From the NCBI GenBank assembly GCA_028534125.1, contig CM052818.1, positions 28,708,001 to 28,772,000 of the forward strand: a stretch of DNA of 64,000 nucleotides. Reading direction: 5' to 3'. This DNA comes from Lama glama (taxonomy: Eukaryota). The first letter of the stretch is position 1. Each line of letters starts with the position of its first letter. The translations under genes were made by a program, and so were the position numbers. The notes under the pieces are model-generated. The model did not search any database, had not been told where the DNA came from, and worked only from the letters and a program-made list of their open reading frames with translations. Shown here in pieces: positions 1 to 14,010 of this stretch.

Positions 1-284
1 CAGAGTGTAGTGGTTTATTCTGTGTTTATAAAAAATATTTTTTAAAAAACCCACAATGCAAATCCCAACAATAAACTGCCTAAGTGTCTACCTACCCGGT
101 ACAATTTGAGGGTGATAAAGGCACTTTTATTATTTTCATTCTTTCACCTTAGAAAGTTTACCCAACTATCTATCTGAGTGTCTGGCAGTTGATACTTCAA
201 GGTCAAGGCACTGACTTACAAAAAAAGGCCGATCATAATTGTTCTTACTCTGCCTAATAACGCTTTAATTCATTAGCAACTGCA

Positions 285-495
285 TTCATTGAAAAGAACA
301 TAAGCTTTAGATTTATAAAGGGCAGAATTCAAATCTTGCTTTTGTGACTTTGTAGTTTTGTATAACGATGTAAAGCACTTAACTGTTTAAAATCACTTAC
401 AATGGGAGTAACAGTACCAACCCTGCAAGTTTTCAGTGAAGATGAAAAAAGTACAGAGTGCCTGCAGTAGTGAGTTGGTCATGAGAGCTGTTAAC
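285..495 (+). mobile_element. MIR SINE fragment (degenerate)
   Basis: MIR-like order of motifs: 'gaattcaaatcttgct', 'aatgggagtaacagtaccaaccctgca', 'cagagtgcctgcagtagtgag'. Confidence 0.5.
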
Positions 496-1929
496 AGATA
501 AAATTAGAAATTTCCTACTTGTCTATAGACTACCTGAGTGTCACAGACAACACTGCAGTGAACGAAGTTTGAGCGCTAAGACTAACTCAGAATTTCTTAT
601 TACACTGACTTTTCATTGTCTGTTACACATGATCTAACAATGTGACTTAATTTGGCTCCATCTCATCTTTCTAACAGAAGAAATTCTTTACTTCAAGTGC
701 AGATCTCTTTCTGCCTCCAATTTCACTAGATTTGATATCTCCAGGGTAATTTTTAGGTTCCAAAAATATTATTTAGTGGTTTACTTCTGATATTCAAAAC
801 CGCACTTTTGTCCTTAAGCTCTACATCCAACATACAAATCTTTTCATTCTATTTCCAGCAAGTTTTTAACAATGATCACATTTATAAACTTAAGACTATC
901 AATGTTTTAAATTGCATTCATAAATTTAATATATTTCATTTCCTGTTTAAGTACTTTGGCTAACTTATAAAATAATATTTCCCCTAATGCTTTTAATAAA
1001 ACCAGCAGAATTAAAACTGTAAATATGATGATTCTTAAATTATTTTGTTTCCCAATACAATACATAATTTTAGTAAATTATTAGTCTAAAGCAAGTACTC
1101 AATGACACATTTTAAATTAGAATCACAAGGTTAATTTTTTACTTGAAAAAGCCAATCCTCTTTAATATTACAGCTAGCTAAAATACCAAATTTGGACAAA
1201 TTCCTTCTTAGCACAAAAATAATAATGCTATAGATATGATTCTATCAGTCATCTGTATGTCTAATCCTAAATCTTCCTGTGGTTAAGTATGTTAAGGAAA
1301 CAATTATATCACCCTATACATCTTCTCAGGAGGTTAAGATCATTTAAGGACCAGAAATATAAGCCAGATATATAAGATCCAGAGCTATAAATATGCAAAG
1401 TGATTTTTTTCTCACCTTCCCAACTGTCAGGCTGACTGCCATTTTTGGGCACTTCATCCTAGAGTTCTTAAACTAAAGAAGGAAGGTGGTAATGTAACCC
1501 AATTTTCTATACTTGAGTCACATCTTTACCTCCTTCTACCATTTTATTATATAGCTTTGCAACTTTCCACCTAGACCAGTACACCACTCAATTGAATTTT
1601 TTATTTTTCTGGTTCTAATTTTATAGATCTAATAAATTCCTAAGAACTAGTCATTCTTTTCAAATCCACTTTATTTCTTAGTGTGGAGACTTTTCAGATT
1701 TTGAAACGGTAGTCATGGGAACTCTGCACACCTCCTTTGTTTTTTTTCCTTCAATACAATGCCAAGCTCATTATCTTGATAAGACTAAAGCAAGGAAAAG
1801 GTTCAGCTGAAGTACAAACTCAAAAGCACACACACAAAAAGTTATATCATGTTAACCAAAAGAAATGTGGACTTAGAGATGCCATGTTGAAAAGCTCTAT
1901 AGGGGCCATTCACACCAGGGCCTAGAGTT

Positions 1930-2760
1930 GTCAGTGTGCCAAGTATTGTTCTGGGCATTGAAGACACACTAGTAACAAGAAAGACAAGGCCCCTGCTCTC
2001 TAGGGGCTTACATTCAAATGGGAGCAAAAAAGCCAATAAAATGAGTGATCAAATAGCAAATCAGATAATTATAGTTTTTGATAAGTGTCGTAAAGAAAAT
2101 AAGGCAGGAGGGCATAAGAGAGAGTAACTGTGGATGGCCACAGAAAGAATCATTTTGAAAATGGTGACCAGTAAAGTCTGTCTAAGAGGGTAACATTTGA
2201 GTTGGAGAAAGACAAAGGGAAGCTCTGCGAAAAGCTGAGGAACAGCTTTGAAGGCAGTAGGAACACACTGGGTCACCTGCAGCATTATTATTAGCATGTT
2301 TTCAGGAAACAGAAGGCCAATATGGCTGGAGAGAAACAAGCTAGGAGGGTGTGATGTGAGCTGAGGATGAGCAAAGTCTGAGGCAGATCATGCAGGACTA
2401 AGAGGCTCTGGTAGAGCCATGGTAAGAAGTTGAATTGTATTAGAAGGTTTTTCAGAGTTTGCATCAAGGGAGCTATATGATTTGATTTACATTTTTAAGA
2501 TTCCTCTGGCTGTAATGTAAAGTCTAAATAACACGGAAACAACAAAGTCCAGGTAAGAGAGATTGGTGGCTCAGTCTAGAGAGATATGGAAAATGGGGTA
2601 ACAGATAGTTTCGAGATGTTCCTTGGAAACAAAATTTTCAGAATGATTTGGATGCTGGAAGATGATGGGAAGTGGCAAGTTAAGAATGACTCCTATGAAT
2701 AAGTAGATATTGGTGCCACTTGCCAAGATGGAGAAGACTAAGGAAGAGAGAGGTACATGG
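1930..2760 (-). mobile_element. LINE-2 3' fragment
   Basis: Antisense L2 tail 'gtgtgccaagtattgttctgggcattgaagacac...cccctgctctctaggggcttacattc', followed by purine-rich antisense L2 body. Confidence 0.7.
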
Positions 2761-3789
2761 GGAAGGGGTAGGCAATTTGTGGTGTGAAAGAGAGAGAGGG
2801 TGACTATGGGACCTGGGGCCAGTGGGGAGGGGTGGAGAGACGAGCTGTGGATTAAAGGAGAAACTTTGTTTTGGAATCAAAGGGAAGACAAAGAAAATGG
2901 GCACACAGAAGTTAAAGCTTTAGATTTTGTGCTGGAAAAATAGAGTCACTTGGGTCAATTATTGCTGATAACAATTGAAAGAAGGAATAATATGCTGTCT
3001 GTGTTATATTTACTACCTTATTAAAATTATTTCATTTGCTAATAAGATTCTTTATCAAAGGAAAATGTAGATAAAAGTAACTTAAGTCTGCCTCCTACAG
3101 TGTGTTTTCTAGATGTGGAAACATAGACAAGCCTCAACACTTAGTAATCAGACTTGTCTGTTGACCATTTTACTCTTGTGACCAAAGGTTTTGTTTTCCC
3201 TTTCTACTATATTTTGTGATGTATTTACTATAGGTAATAGAGCATACAAGGAGAAGATTAATTTGCTCTGGGGCTGTGAAACTTATAGCAAAAAGACAAA
3301 CAGTGTTTGGGTATAATATGTAATTATTTACTAATTTGGGGCTACCCACTGGCATATTAGAGAGTGAGCTTGCAAACTAAAATCGATACCAATAATAATT
3401 GCCTCTCCTGGGAGAAGTCCCAGGAGGCCTTAAAAAGGAAGACAAGAAAAGCAGGCAAAGAAAATGTCAGGGAGACCATTGGGGAAAATTGCACTTTTCC
3501 TCTACATCAAGCTGTTTGCAATTACCTTTATTTAGATGGTGTTAGGTAAACAGGGGAGAAAGGGAAAATGCTGATATCGACAATCACCTGACCATGAAAA
3601 GCTTATCATGCCAAGTCAATAGGAGACCAAAGTTCCCCAAAGTAGGCTAAGGCTCCTCAAACCATGAGTTAAAATAATGCATCTGAAAATACCTACTTTA
3701 AACAAAACTAAATTGAGGAAAATAACATTTTACATTTATATGAATTTCTACTTTTCAACATTTTTAAAGCCATGTTGATTAATTATAAA

Positions 3790-4540
3790 TATACAGAGAA
3801 ACAGACACATTCGAGTAATATTCAGGAGGTAAAGTCAGAGGAATGGGGTGAAAGAGAAGAAGGAATCAGAGACTACTTTCAGGTTTCTTGCTTGGATGAC
3901 CACATGGTTGGTGGTACTAGAAAATAACATAGAGAATATAAGAGGAAGGTAAGGTATGAAACAGAGTAGACTAGTTTACTACTGTGTTACACTCTAAGCT
4001 TGAGATACCTGTAAGGATGCTCATTCTTCATGGTTTGCCTGAATTGTGCTGATTTATGTGTTGTCCTAGCTTAGTTAGTAATAGCACCCTCTTCCCTCAC
4101 AAAAGCCCCTTGCTTTGAGCAATAAGTCATATGGCCATTCTAACCTATAAAACTTGTAGGTAAAGATGTCCTTCAGATGGCTGTGTATAAATCAAAATAG
4201 AAATCTGGAAAGGACACATGATTTAAGAGTTATCTTAGTATGTGTAGTATTTGAAACTGTGAGTGTAGATGAAATTACCCAGGAAGAATACATTTTTGTC
4301 ATTATGGATAAAAATGGAGCCCTTGTTGACAGCAACACTTTCGAGACAGGTGGGAAGTGAAGTATTGGTACATATAATCAGGGAAGTATCAAGAAGTAAA
4401 AGAAAATAACCCCCAAAAGTCCTCCTTGAATTTGATAATTGCAGAATTGTTGCTAAAGGGGCCTGAGTCATTTAAGTAGAGGGTTCAAACTGGAAGCCAG
4501 ATTGCGGTGGATTGAGAAGTAGAGGAAAGCTGAGAAATGC
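3790..4540 (-). mobile_element. LINE-2 body fragment, interrupted by a MER94-like MITE
   Basis: 'gaaggaatcagagactactttcaggtttcttgcttggatgac' and 'gtagatgaaattacccagg' resemble antisense L2. Confidence 0.55.
4014..4141 (-). mobile_element. MER94-like hAT-Blackjack MITE
   Basis: Reverse complement 'agaatggccatatgacttattgctcaaagc...gggtgctattactaactaagctaggacaac...caggcaaacc' follows the MER94 consensus. Flanks tacctgta / aacctata match at 6/8, consistent with an 8-bp TSD. Confidence 0.7.
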
Positions 4541-4689
4541 AATTTAAAAATATTTCTATAGGGAGGAGACTGGATTGTAGCTAAAGCAGTATATAGGATC
4601 AAGAGAATTTTAGGTCTAAAATTTTTTTATTTGTTTGCTTGTTTCAGAATCAGAGAAACTTGAGAATGTTTATAGACTGAAGATAAGGA

Positions 4690-4840
4690 TTCAGGAGACA
4701 AAGAGGGAGAGGGAGGGCCAGAACAAGAGAAAGAGGAACAGAAAGAGAGAGAGAAGGAAGAGGAATAGGAAGAAGGGAAAGAAAAAGAAGGGAGAGAAGA
4801 AGGAAACAGAAAAGTAATGACAAAAGATATAGGAAAGAGA
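4690..4840. repeat. GA-rich low-complexity tract
   Basis: Near-pure purine run (gagagggagagggagg...gaagggaaagaaaaagaagggagagaag). Confidence 0.85.
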
Positions 4841-7800
4841 AATGGATTATCAACAATGCAGGTGCCTGAAGAATAAGGAAGTAAAACAAACTAGAGGTAG
4901 AAGAACTGGTCTTCAGCTGAATGATGTGCACCTCATCCTCTGTGTCTGTGGCTGTCAGTTTACACCGAACTCAACAGAAACAGAAGGTGATTCTCAAGGA
5001 CAGAAGTAAGTCAGGGGTTGAAGAGTAGGTTTGTCACTGAGCAGGGCACTACCGGCAGACACTGGAAAAAACTCATGAAGAGGCAGGCTGCTGCAGATGC
5101 CAGGTAGGTACTCATTCCATACCAATAGGATTTTTTTTCAAAGGCTCAAGAATATAGAAGGCTTAAACTATAGCCTGAACACTGACACATGATTTCACAG
5201 GGATGGAGAGGGAGTGCAAAAGCTAAACTCATCATACTCTGGAGAGAGAGGGACTAAATTCACATTCTAAAAACTGAAGTGGGTCCTGGGTTCTGGAACC
5301 CCTAAAGTAGGTTCTGATGTTGTGCTATTGGAACTGTCAGAAAATCAGAAGTTTTTACTCTAGATGAAATCTTGGGACTCTTCCTGAAGCTTAACACTAA
5401 TCTTCATTCCCAGGAAGTAAAGAGATCTAGAAACATGATACAGACTTCTAGGAGGAAGTTGAAGCAATCAAGTGAGTCTTGGCATCTGAGAAACAGAAAT
5501 AGTAGCAAGACCTGAGACACAGATGAACATTCTAAAAGAACAGAAGAAGCTGATATGCACTGATCACCCTTGAAATTCCTAAACTCATTCTCAGCAGGTT
5601 TTAAAACTGACAGGAAGTAAAGCTAGCATGTCTAAAAGGATGTAGAATATTGCCTTCCACAACAAGACACTCAGTAAATATGGATACATGAATTAAATTG
5701 GGAGATGAGTGTCTGCCTTCAAGAATTAGATTCATGCAAGCAAGATCAAAATAAACAGGTAAAAAGATAATTTTTTTAAATTTTCATGTATTTCTCAAAA
5801 AATCAGTCAGAAATTCCAGAAAATCTGTACATGTGATATTAGAGAAAATCTTTTGACATCTGTGCTCAGTTATACAACAAAGTCTGTTATGTGAAATGAC
5901 TCAAATGTCTATTCTCCATCCAGGCACTTGCACAGAAATGGATTACGTCCACACTTTCTAAGAAGGGAAGAAAGATCTCTCCTTCTTTCTCTGAAGCTAA
6001 CTATGGTATGGATCCATTATCCTGTGCTCAACTAGCATGTAATTATCTCTAAATCTTTTCCATCCAATGGTCAGTCTAGAGCCAGCTGTGGGCAGGGAGA
6101 GAGATACAGCTACAGGGAATAATGCTCTTTACATTTTCCATATTTCAGCACACTTAGTGTCATAATTTCCTAAATTATAAGTTCAGTTAAAAAGATAAAC
6201 ACCTCACTAGGACAGTTCCTTAGTCTATTCAGCTCAGTGACTTTTTCCTCTGACAGAAGCACCAAAGTATGTGCTACGTGTACAGGAGAATAATGTACTC
6301 CTTGAATTAGTAGCAAATGTTTAGGTTATTTCCAAAATAGCATGCACCTCATAATAAATTTCATTATGTATTAAATTTTCCAAAATCTTATCTAAACCCA
6401 CTTATAGCCTTTATTTTAAAATTCATGGTGTCCTAGATCATAAATTAATTACTAATGGATATAAATGAATTTCTTTTGAATTTCAAGAGAGAGATCCTTA
6501 ATATCAGATCATCATCCAAGATTTGATTAATTTTATTATATATACATATTTTTTAATTTTAAAGGTTTCTTTATCCCTCACATAATTATCCATCTTAACT
6601 TCTATTTTTTGAAAATGGGAAGTTCTAACCATTAAGTTTTGACTTTGATAGCAGCTTTTTTATACAAATTTACACTTCCTTCTCTTAATAATTTTGTTTC
6701 ATATTCTTTGACTAACTCCCACTTGAGTTATTTTGATTCTAGAGTGAGGTAACAAAATCTGCATGCAATCTGCATGCATTCTTTAAATACTTCAAGGGAG
6801 AGGACATCAGAGTTTTATAAAGGTAAAGGGTAAGTTATACTTTTTTGCCACACCTGAAGAAACTCTTCAGCATCACTGAGTCTCTGCAATTCAGAAGAGT
6901 AACATTTTTCTATTCCACATTCACAACATGAATGTGACCCTGGCCTCTCTTTTAAGTCTATAGGCTTCATTCTAGTGTTAATTTTATTATGAAGTTAGAT
7001 ATAAGTTTCCACTAAAATGACTTTTTATGTAAAATAAACACTATTCTTTTCTCAATCTTTCATGAGGTGGCTGTGGCTATTTTATGTATCTGCAATGGTT
7101 ATCAGAATTATGCCTTACTTATGGGTACAGCACAGGTATGGTATGTCAGCACTATTTTCTTCCTATCTCATCATAATGGCAGCAAATTTGAGGATTTCAG
7201 GAAGAAGTTTATCTATAAACATTGGACAGAAAGGGCTCAGTGTAAAATGAAACCAAAAGTCGTATAACTTAAAAATTTATTACTGATGATGTGTAGGTCA
7301 CAGAAAAATTTCTAATTATATCTATCCACTCTTATGATTTCTTCTTGCCATAATTATTCTGTGATGATATTTGTCATTTTCATTTCCTTGGAGAAAACTG
7401 AGTAATAGGCAAGCTCTCCTATGGGGTGCATATTTCTCCTTGTCTTATAAACTCCTTCCAAGTCCTATGTTTTCAATACCAACAGTGATTTTTAAACACT
7501 AAAGGTACATTTCTTTTTGTTTTCTCCTCTTTGTATTTAGCTGTGTCTCAGGCTGCCAAGATCACACTTCCCTTGTTTTCATCCACATGGTACACAGAGT
7601 TCAAGAAAAAAATCTTTTCTAAGCAGTAATGTACTCTGTGTCCTGGAGACGGACAAGAAAGGCAGGTTAAACCTATTTCGTATCTCCTTACAGTCGTAAA
7701 ACATGCAGCTTGTCTCTGACCTCTGCCACGTGACGAAGGAATGGAAAGAAAGGGCAGGTACACATATAATAGAAACTCTGTGAATCTGTATGAACTTTAA

Positions 7801-10800
7801 TATTTGTTTTGTTGTGGAAGATTGACACTGAGTATCAGTTTTAAAAGCTATGTAACAGTCTGTGACAATGCTAGGCTGTGTGAGAGCTGGAAGGCTAGAA
7901 GAATTTGGTAGGAGGATCAACAGGGCAGTGACACCTTCTTGAGAGCGCTAGGCTTTTGGGCCCTGACTTGGCAGAGTGAAAGGCTCAATCGAAGAACAGA
8001 ACAGAAAAGGAAAAAGATGGATTTTAGAAAAAGATTTGACTTTACAAGTGGGAATAATTCATCTGTGGGAGTTACTCTAATATATACCAATAGATCGATA
8101 AAATACAGTCCACCTATCAATCAAACCTCTACTCACATATTTAACAAACCTTTGAGATCTTCTTAGTAGCAGACACTATTCTAGGTTTGGGGTGGGGTTG
8201 GGGGGAGGAACATGGCCCTTATAGGGGCTTCCACATTAGAAAGGTGAATATTGGTTACAGGGGCACACCACAAATTTAGAGACCCATTTAACGTCACTGT
8301 AAAGAACATGCAGGTACTCAGAGTAGCCCACAAAACAAAGACAGAGGTACCTGTGAGCTATGCAGCCTTTGAGAATATGCCTTTCATGAAGCAGAAAGCA
8401 AAAGGGGGCCAATGTGATTAGTTGCTGTTTAAAGGGTACATTTATCTTGCTTAGTTCTAGTCACAGATAATTTGACATTTGCATCACTGAAGTCCATTTC
8501 CAAGTGGCTCTGAGAGTACTGAAATGTTCTTGGAACTTGGCCAGAGCTGCTTTAGCTTTTCTAGCTGCACATGCATGAAAAGATCAGTGCATAAACTATA
8601 TAGCACCTATGAAAACTAAGATCCTAGAACATCTAATTGCATCATTTTTTCAAAGACGGAGTGGAGTACCGCTTTCCAAGTGCAGACACTCTGGAAAAGG
8701 GTTTTAGGTCAGCCTCTGTGAAGGCTTCCCACATGATGCTAAATATGATCAGAATTTGAAAAACACAATCTGGTTTATACATTGTTATTACTGAACTACT
8801 ATTTTTTTAAGAAATGATTCTTTTCAATGTTAATTAGCCCATTCTAGGCAATAATTGCATGAAATAAACTGAAAATAATACAAGTAAAATTGAAGCAGGG
8901 GCCTTCAGATAAAGAAGTGTACTCAGCGTAACAATTATAATTGCTCTTATTTCATATTTCAATAAGAAACAGAGTCCCATGAATCCAAAAATGTTTGCAT
9001 CCTAATGGTTATTACCCTTCTCATGCCAATTCATAGCTAAGTGAGATTTCCTACTTCTATTCACTTCACTGGTTCCAGAGAGAAATAGAAATTGCACAGG
9101 GCTTTTAGAGAGGAATGTAGATAATGCCAACAGGATTATAGTTTCTAACTTATGCTGCTGTCTATGAAAAAATATTCAAGATTTAAAGAGGTAATGATAT
9201 ATTAAACTGGGATAATTACTGGACCAATATTAGCCTGTGTTCCACAAGCCAAGACCTATTTCATCAAGTGGAAAAATCAAAAACATAAGTATCATAATAG
9301 ATTATGCTTTTAATACTTCTTAATATTAATGTGATATAATGAAATGTAAAAGCTACCAAAGTTTCTGAATAGTTGGGAGTGCAGGGAGTAGCTGTTGATA
9401 AAATTACCATCTATACTTCAACATTGTGTTAGTGAGAATTATTTTTTTCCACTTGCAAAATTATGTTTTCCTAGTATGCATTTAATTACAGTTCCCAATT
9501 CATCAGTAAGGGATTTTAAAAAACAATGCATTTTGAAATAAGGCTATAAACAGACAGCATAATTCACTCAAATAAAAGAAGAGATATTTAAATTAGATTT
9601 TGTAATATAGTGGTGTAGCCAACATGTGTTTTTATTTTTACTTTTTATTTCTCAGAGGTAATAATGCTTAGATTAGAATTGAAAGGTAGAAGATTTTCTA
9701 GTCCATTGGTTTTCAAGCATTTTTTTTAATGTGCAAAAGCTTTTATTCAAAATCAATCTAAAAAAGAAATCCAGTAAAACAAAGCTGTTTTTGCTGATGT
9801 GTAATCTTCCACGAGATGACTCTACCCTTGCTCTAACCACGCTCTCGCCCAACCTCTCAGGCCCCATCCTTACTTACTTCACGAAGTCCTCATCCCACTT
9901 TTAACTTGTAGACACTTCCCCAAGTGAAGGACTTAGTTCTGATCTCTTTCAAATCAGTTTCTCAAAAGAGTGGATTTACTTGCCCCTACCCAAACCCTTA
10001 GCACATCCTCTAGCCTCAGAACCTCAGAAATGTCCAGAAACCTTTTCAACACTTTATTGTTTCTGTTTGTAACTCTTCCATCCATAGACAGCATGACTGG
10101 GGGTTTCTCAGAGTAGAATTTGAATTACAGGAGAAATGGAAACAGCACATTACTTATTCGATATTTTGTCAAAATAAAAAAGAGAAACCAAGGAGAGCAA
10201 GGAGTTGAATTTACAACAGGACAACTCTGTAAAACAGAATGTTAATATCCCCAACATTACACAATTCTCTGTGTACATGGGTCCCTATTATTCTTTTTTT
10301 GACTGCTTCTTGTTTTTCTCCCCAAATAATGGAAATCAGTTGGGATTCTGCCTGTCCATGGCCTTCATAGGTGGCCCATCCTGTACAGCTAAAACAGCAC
10401 TAAACATATTAAGCCAAGACTTTTCAAAAGTTCAGGTTAAGTATGCCCCATTAATATGTTATATGGAAAACACATCCATGTACTACAGGATAGATGATTT
10501 CATTACCACGTGTGGAAGGTAACACGACTGGTCCTACAGGTACCTATGCATAGCTTGTCTTCATTCTTGAAGAGACATGCCTTGTTCCAAACAAGATTTT
10601 TCTCATTTCTGTATAGTTTTCTTGCATCAATAGTAACAGTCCCTTTGTACCTACCAGATTTTTTTTCATGTTCAACTTTCTTGATTAGAATAAGAATGTT
10701 AAAAGGTATGCATTTCAAGTGATTAAATGTAGTTATTCTAAGCTTACATACAGATTTTTTAAGGAGTTATCACCAGTAGAAATGAATGATTTCTGCAATA

Positions 10801-11214
10801 GATTAAGGATGCCATGATAAACATTAACATTTGCAAATATTTTGAGAAAAATTAGTAGTGGCAGACCTGTAATTTATCCAGGGTAATACTGGCACACATC
10901 AGTATCAATACAACATCAAAGGAATTTCATACACTGGCAGATAGCAAAGGTAGTGAAAAAAAGAAAATAGGTCTAAGAAACATTTTATACTTTATGTACT
11001 GTTCCTCATTCTATTCTTCTGTTTTTGAAGCCTGTGATATATAGCAAAATCCCTAGGAGATACAGAGTTAGGTTGAAGATCAATCATAAACTACATTCTC
11101 CACTGCATAACTACAATTTTCCAAGTAAAATTCTGGTAAGATGACTGCCAAGAGGGAAAACAGTTAAAAATGGGAAGGCCTACATTGTGTTATAATGAAT
11201 GTAGAAAATTTAAT

Positions 11215-12020
11215 ATTTATAGTTCTAGATTCACAGAAAAATCACAAATATAGCACAGAGATTGTTGTATACCCCATCCCCTAATATTAATATCTGACAT
11301 TATACATTGGTACATTTGTCTTAACGACTATTATCATTATGACTAATATTACATTATTAATAATTATCCATATTTTATTCAACTTTCCTTAGCTTTTATC
11401 TAATGTCTTTTTTCACTCAGGTGGTTTATTGGTATTCACCAAAGATTGCAGAGATCTAGTCTCATTCTAATCACACATATCAAGGGTAAACTATCAACAT
11501 GGCTTATCACTGTTGCTGTTAGCCTTGTTTATCTGGCTGAGGCAGTGTTTATTATCAGGTTTCTCCAATGTACAGTGACTCTTTTTTCCATTCCATACTG
11601 TACTCCTTGGAAGGAAGTTGGTATGCACACAGGCCACAGTTTGGGAACGGAGAGTTATGCTCTGTCTCCTTGACTGCGGAGCATCTGTATAAATTCTTTG
11701 GAATTCTTCTATGTAGGAAATTTGCCTATCCTCCCCCATGTATTCATTTATTCAATCATACATATAAGCATGGATCCAGAAACATTTACTCTATGCTTTG
11801 AGATATAATCCAATACTATTTTATTTCATTGTTCAAATCTTAGCCTTTGGAGGCTCTTTCAGTTGGTTCCTATGTCTTTTGTGTCCTTTTGGCATCCCTC
11901 TTCAATGTGTGTGTTTGCTTTTTTTAAACTATCTTACTCTTTGGAACTATAAGATGTTCCAGGCTCATCTTGTGTATCTTCTACTCCAGTCTTGGAATCA
12001 GACATTTTTCAAAAGAGTAG
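11215..12020 (-). mobile_element. Old L1M (L1MC-like) 3'UTR fragment
   Basis: Antisense L1MC-type tail 'atagttctagattcacagaaaaatcacaaatatagcacagag'. Part is homologous to the + strand piece at 46340-46490 (pseudo-ORFs MGEDRQISYIEEFQRIY vs MGERRQISYAEEFQIIY). Confidence 0.7.
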
Positions 12021-12024
12021 ATGG

Positions 12025-12280
12025 GTTTTAAGATAGAAATATGTGGGTTCAATTCCTGGCTCCACACTTGCTCACCTATGACCTTGGGCAAATTATTTAG
12101 CATCTCTGAGGCTCAGTCTCCTCACTTGAAAATAAGAACGGTACTAACCTCAAAGGTTCATACTAGTATAAAGTCTACTACACTAGTACAAAATATATAA
12201 CTATTAGGTAAATGAGAAAACAAATGTAAAAGCCTACTTCCTAGCACTTCAAATACTTAATAAATATTAATTCTCTTCCA
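12025..12280 (+). mobile_element. MIR SINE
   Basis: MIR core 'gggttcaattcctggctccacacttgctcacctatgaccttgggcaaattatttagcatctctgaggctcagtctcctc'. Confidence 0.8.
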
Positions 12281-13762
12281 TTCCTCTCTATCACCAGTTG
12301 GGACAGCAACCTACTTCCTCCCTGCTATTAATCTCCCTGAATCACTGTTCATCTTCTATGACTGAGGAAGGCCTCAAAACCACTGGCCTGGAACAATCCA
12401 CTTTAGTTATATACAGTCTAGGGCTGTCTCTCTTTGTGCATAAACTAATGCATAGACACACATACACAGGTGTTATCTTACTTCACATAAGAGTAAGATA
12501 ATTCCAGGCTAACATGTCTGACCTTACTATGGGATATCTTTCAGATGAAATACATCATAGCAGCAATTTTGTGACAGCAGCATTTCAGATGGTTAACTTA
12601 GAGAAAAAGGGAAAGTATTTGTCAAAATAAGTAGTTGCCATAACAACAACATGCAAGTATTTTGGTTTTGGGGTTGGTGTTTTGTATTTTTTTTTTTTGG
12701 CAATCACTTCATCATCATTTTAACATTTCAGTTTCCACGGCAACCAAATGCATTAGCATTATCTCCAAATACACTCTCCAGGATTTTTTTTTTTCTTCTT
12801 CAATGAACCAAGGTCTTTCATTTTATCCTAAAGATATCAAGGCTATCTGGAGAAACTTAATATAAAATACATCAAAGACAATCCCTATCATGAAAAAGGA
12901 TGATCACTATCAAATAGAGACTAACAATATGGATATGATCTACTTTTCCTCTTAATCATGTTTATGGAGGACTTTTAAGAAAACACACCAGAAATGACCA
13001 AAGGAAATTTGTCTAACTTCTAGAACAAGTGTTTAGTTCAGAGAGTCAGATCTCAAGCTCTGTTGATTTAGTTTGTATTTGTATAGCATAGCTAACCTTT
13101 TAGTCACTTACAGACACAAAGCACACAACTCCCGTCCTAGTGTAGTTCACTTATCTGCAAATCTTTTCATAGAATTGAACCTACTTCTGCTGAAGCTGAA
13201 GTCATAGTTTCATTTTTTTACAATACTTTTACTGTTCCAACTGCTCCTTCTCTTATTCTCCCTTAACCCTCTCCTACTATAGTCCTATTTCCTCCTCCTT
13301 CCTTTCCTGTACCCCTCCTTTTATCTCTTGACCTGCTACTCCCTGCATTATATGCTGGAAGTAGTAACAGTGTAAAGCATGTCAGGGATGATGTGTTTAA
13401 TAATTTTCTTGGGGTCAAAATACTATTTGGGAAAAACTCAAATCTAAATTTCACAAACATTTAAATACACTTTATAAAAAGAACATTCTAACATCAAGAC
13501 TCAGTATCCAACCCCTTTATGTTTAGCTTTCAGAATTATTTAATATCAAGGGTTCATTACCATAAGAAGGTGATTCTATAATGTACTAGTGAGTACTTAA
13601 AAAGCATATGGTTCTAAGTCAGCAATTGCAAGAGACAGACGATTATTGTTCTGTACCCACTTTCATTAAGGTATGTTCTCAATAGGTATGCTACAAAGGT
13701 ATACATAAAAATAAACCTGAATGAGATCTTTTTAAAACTTCTGCAGCTGTTGGGGGGATCAT

Positions 13763-13773
13763 CAAGATGGCGG
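13763..13773 (+). promoter_or_regulatory. YY1-type motif at the L1 5' end
   Basis: CAAGATGGCGG 11 nt after the L1 start, the canonical position in the L1 internal promoter. Confidence 0.7.
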
Positions 13774-14010
13774 AGTAGAAGGACACTCAAAGCTCACCCT
13801 CTCCCACAAATACACCAAGACTCACATCCACAGACCCCCTCAACCAACCAGAGCACCTGCAGAACTCCAACAGAACACTGTCCTCTTCAAAAGACAGAGA
13901 CATTACAGATTTGTTTTATTCTTACATAGGAATTAGATAGATAAATAAATAAACTCCTTAAAGACCACAATAGATAACTGATACTCCAAAAACCACAGTG
14001 CCAGAGAGGT

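Noticed and set aside
4635..4931. Lys/Arg/Glu-rich ORF (+) and Leu/Ser-rich ORF (-)
   Set aside because: Both are translations of a GA-rich low-complexity tract.
10507..10543. 37-nt minus-strand exon candidate (VPVGPVVLPSTR)
   Set aside because: The acceptor has no pyrimidine tract and there is no supporting homology.
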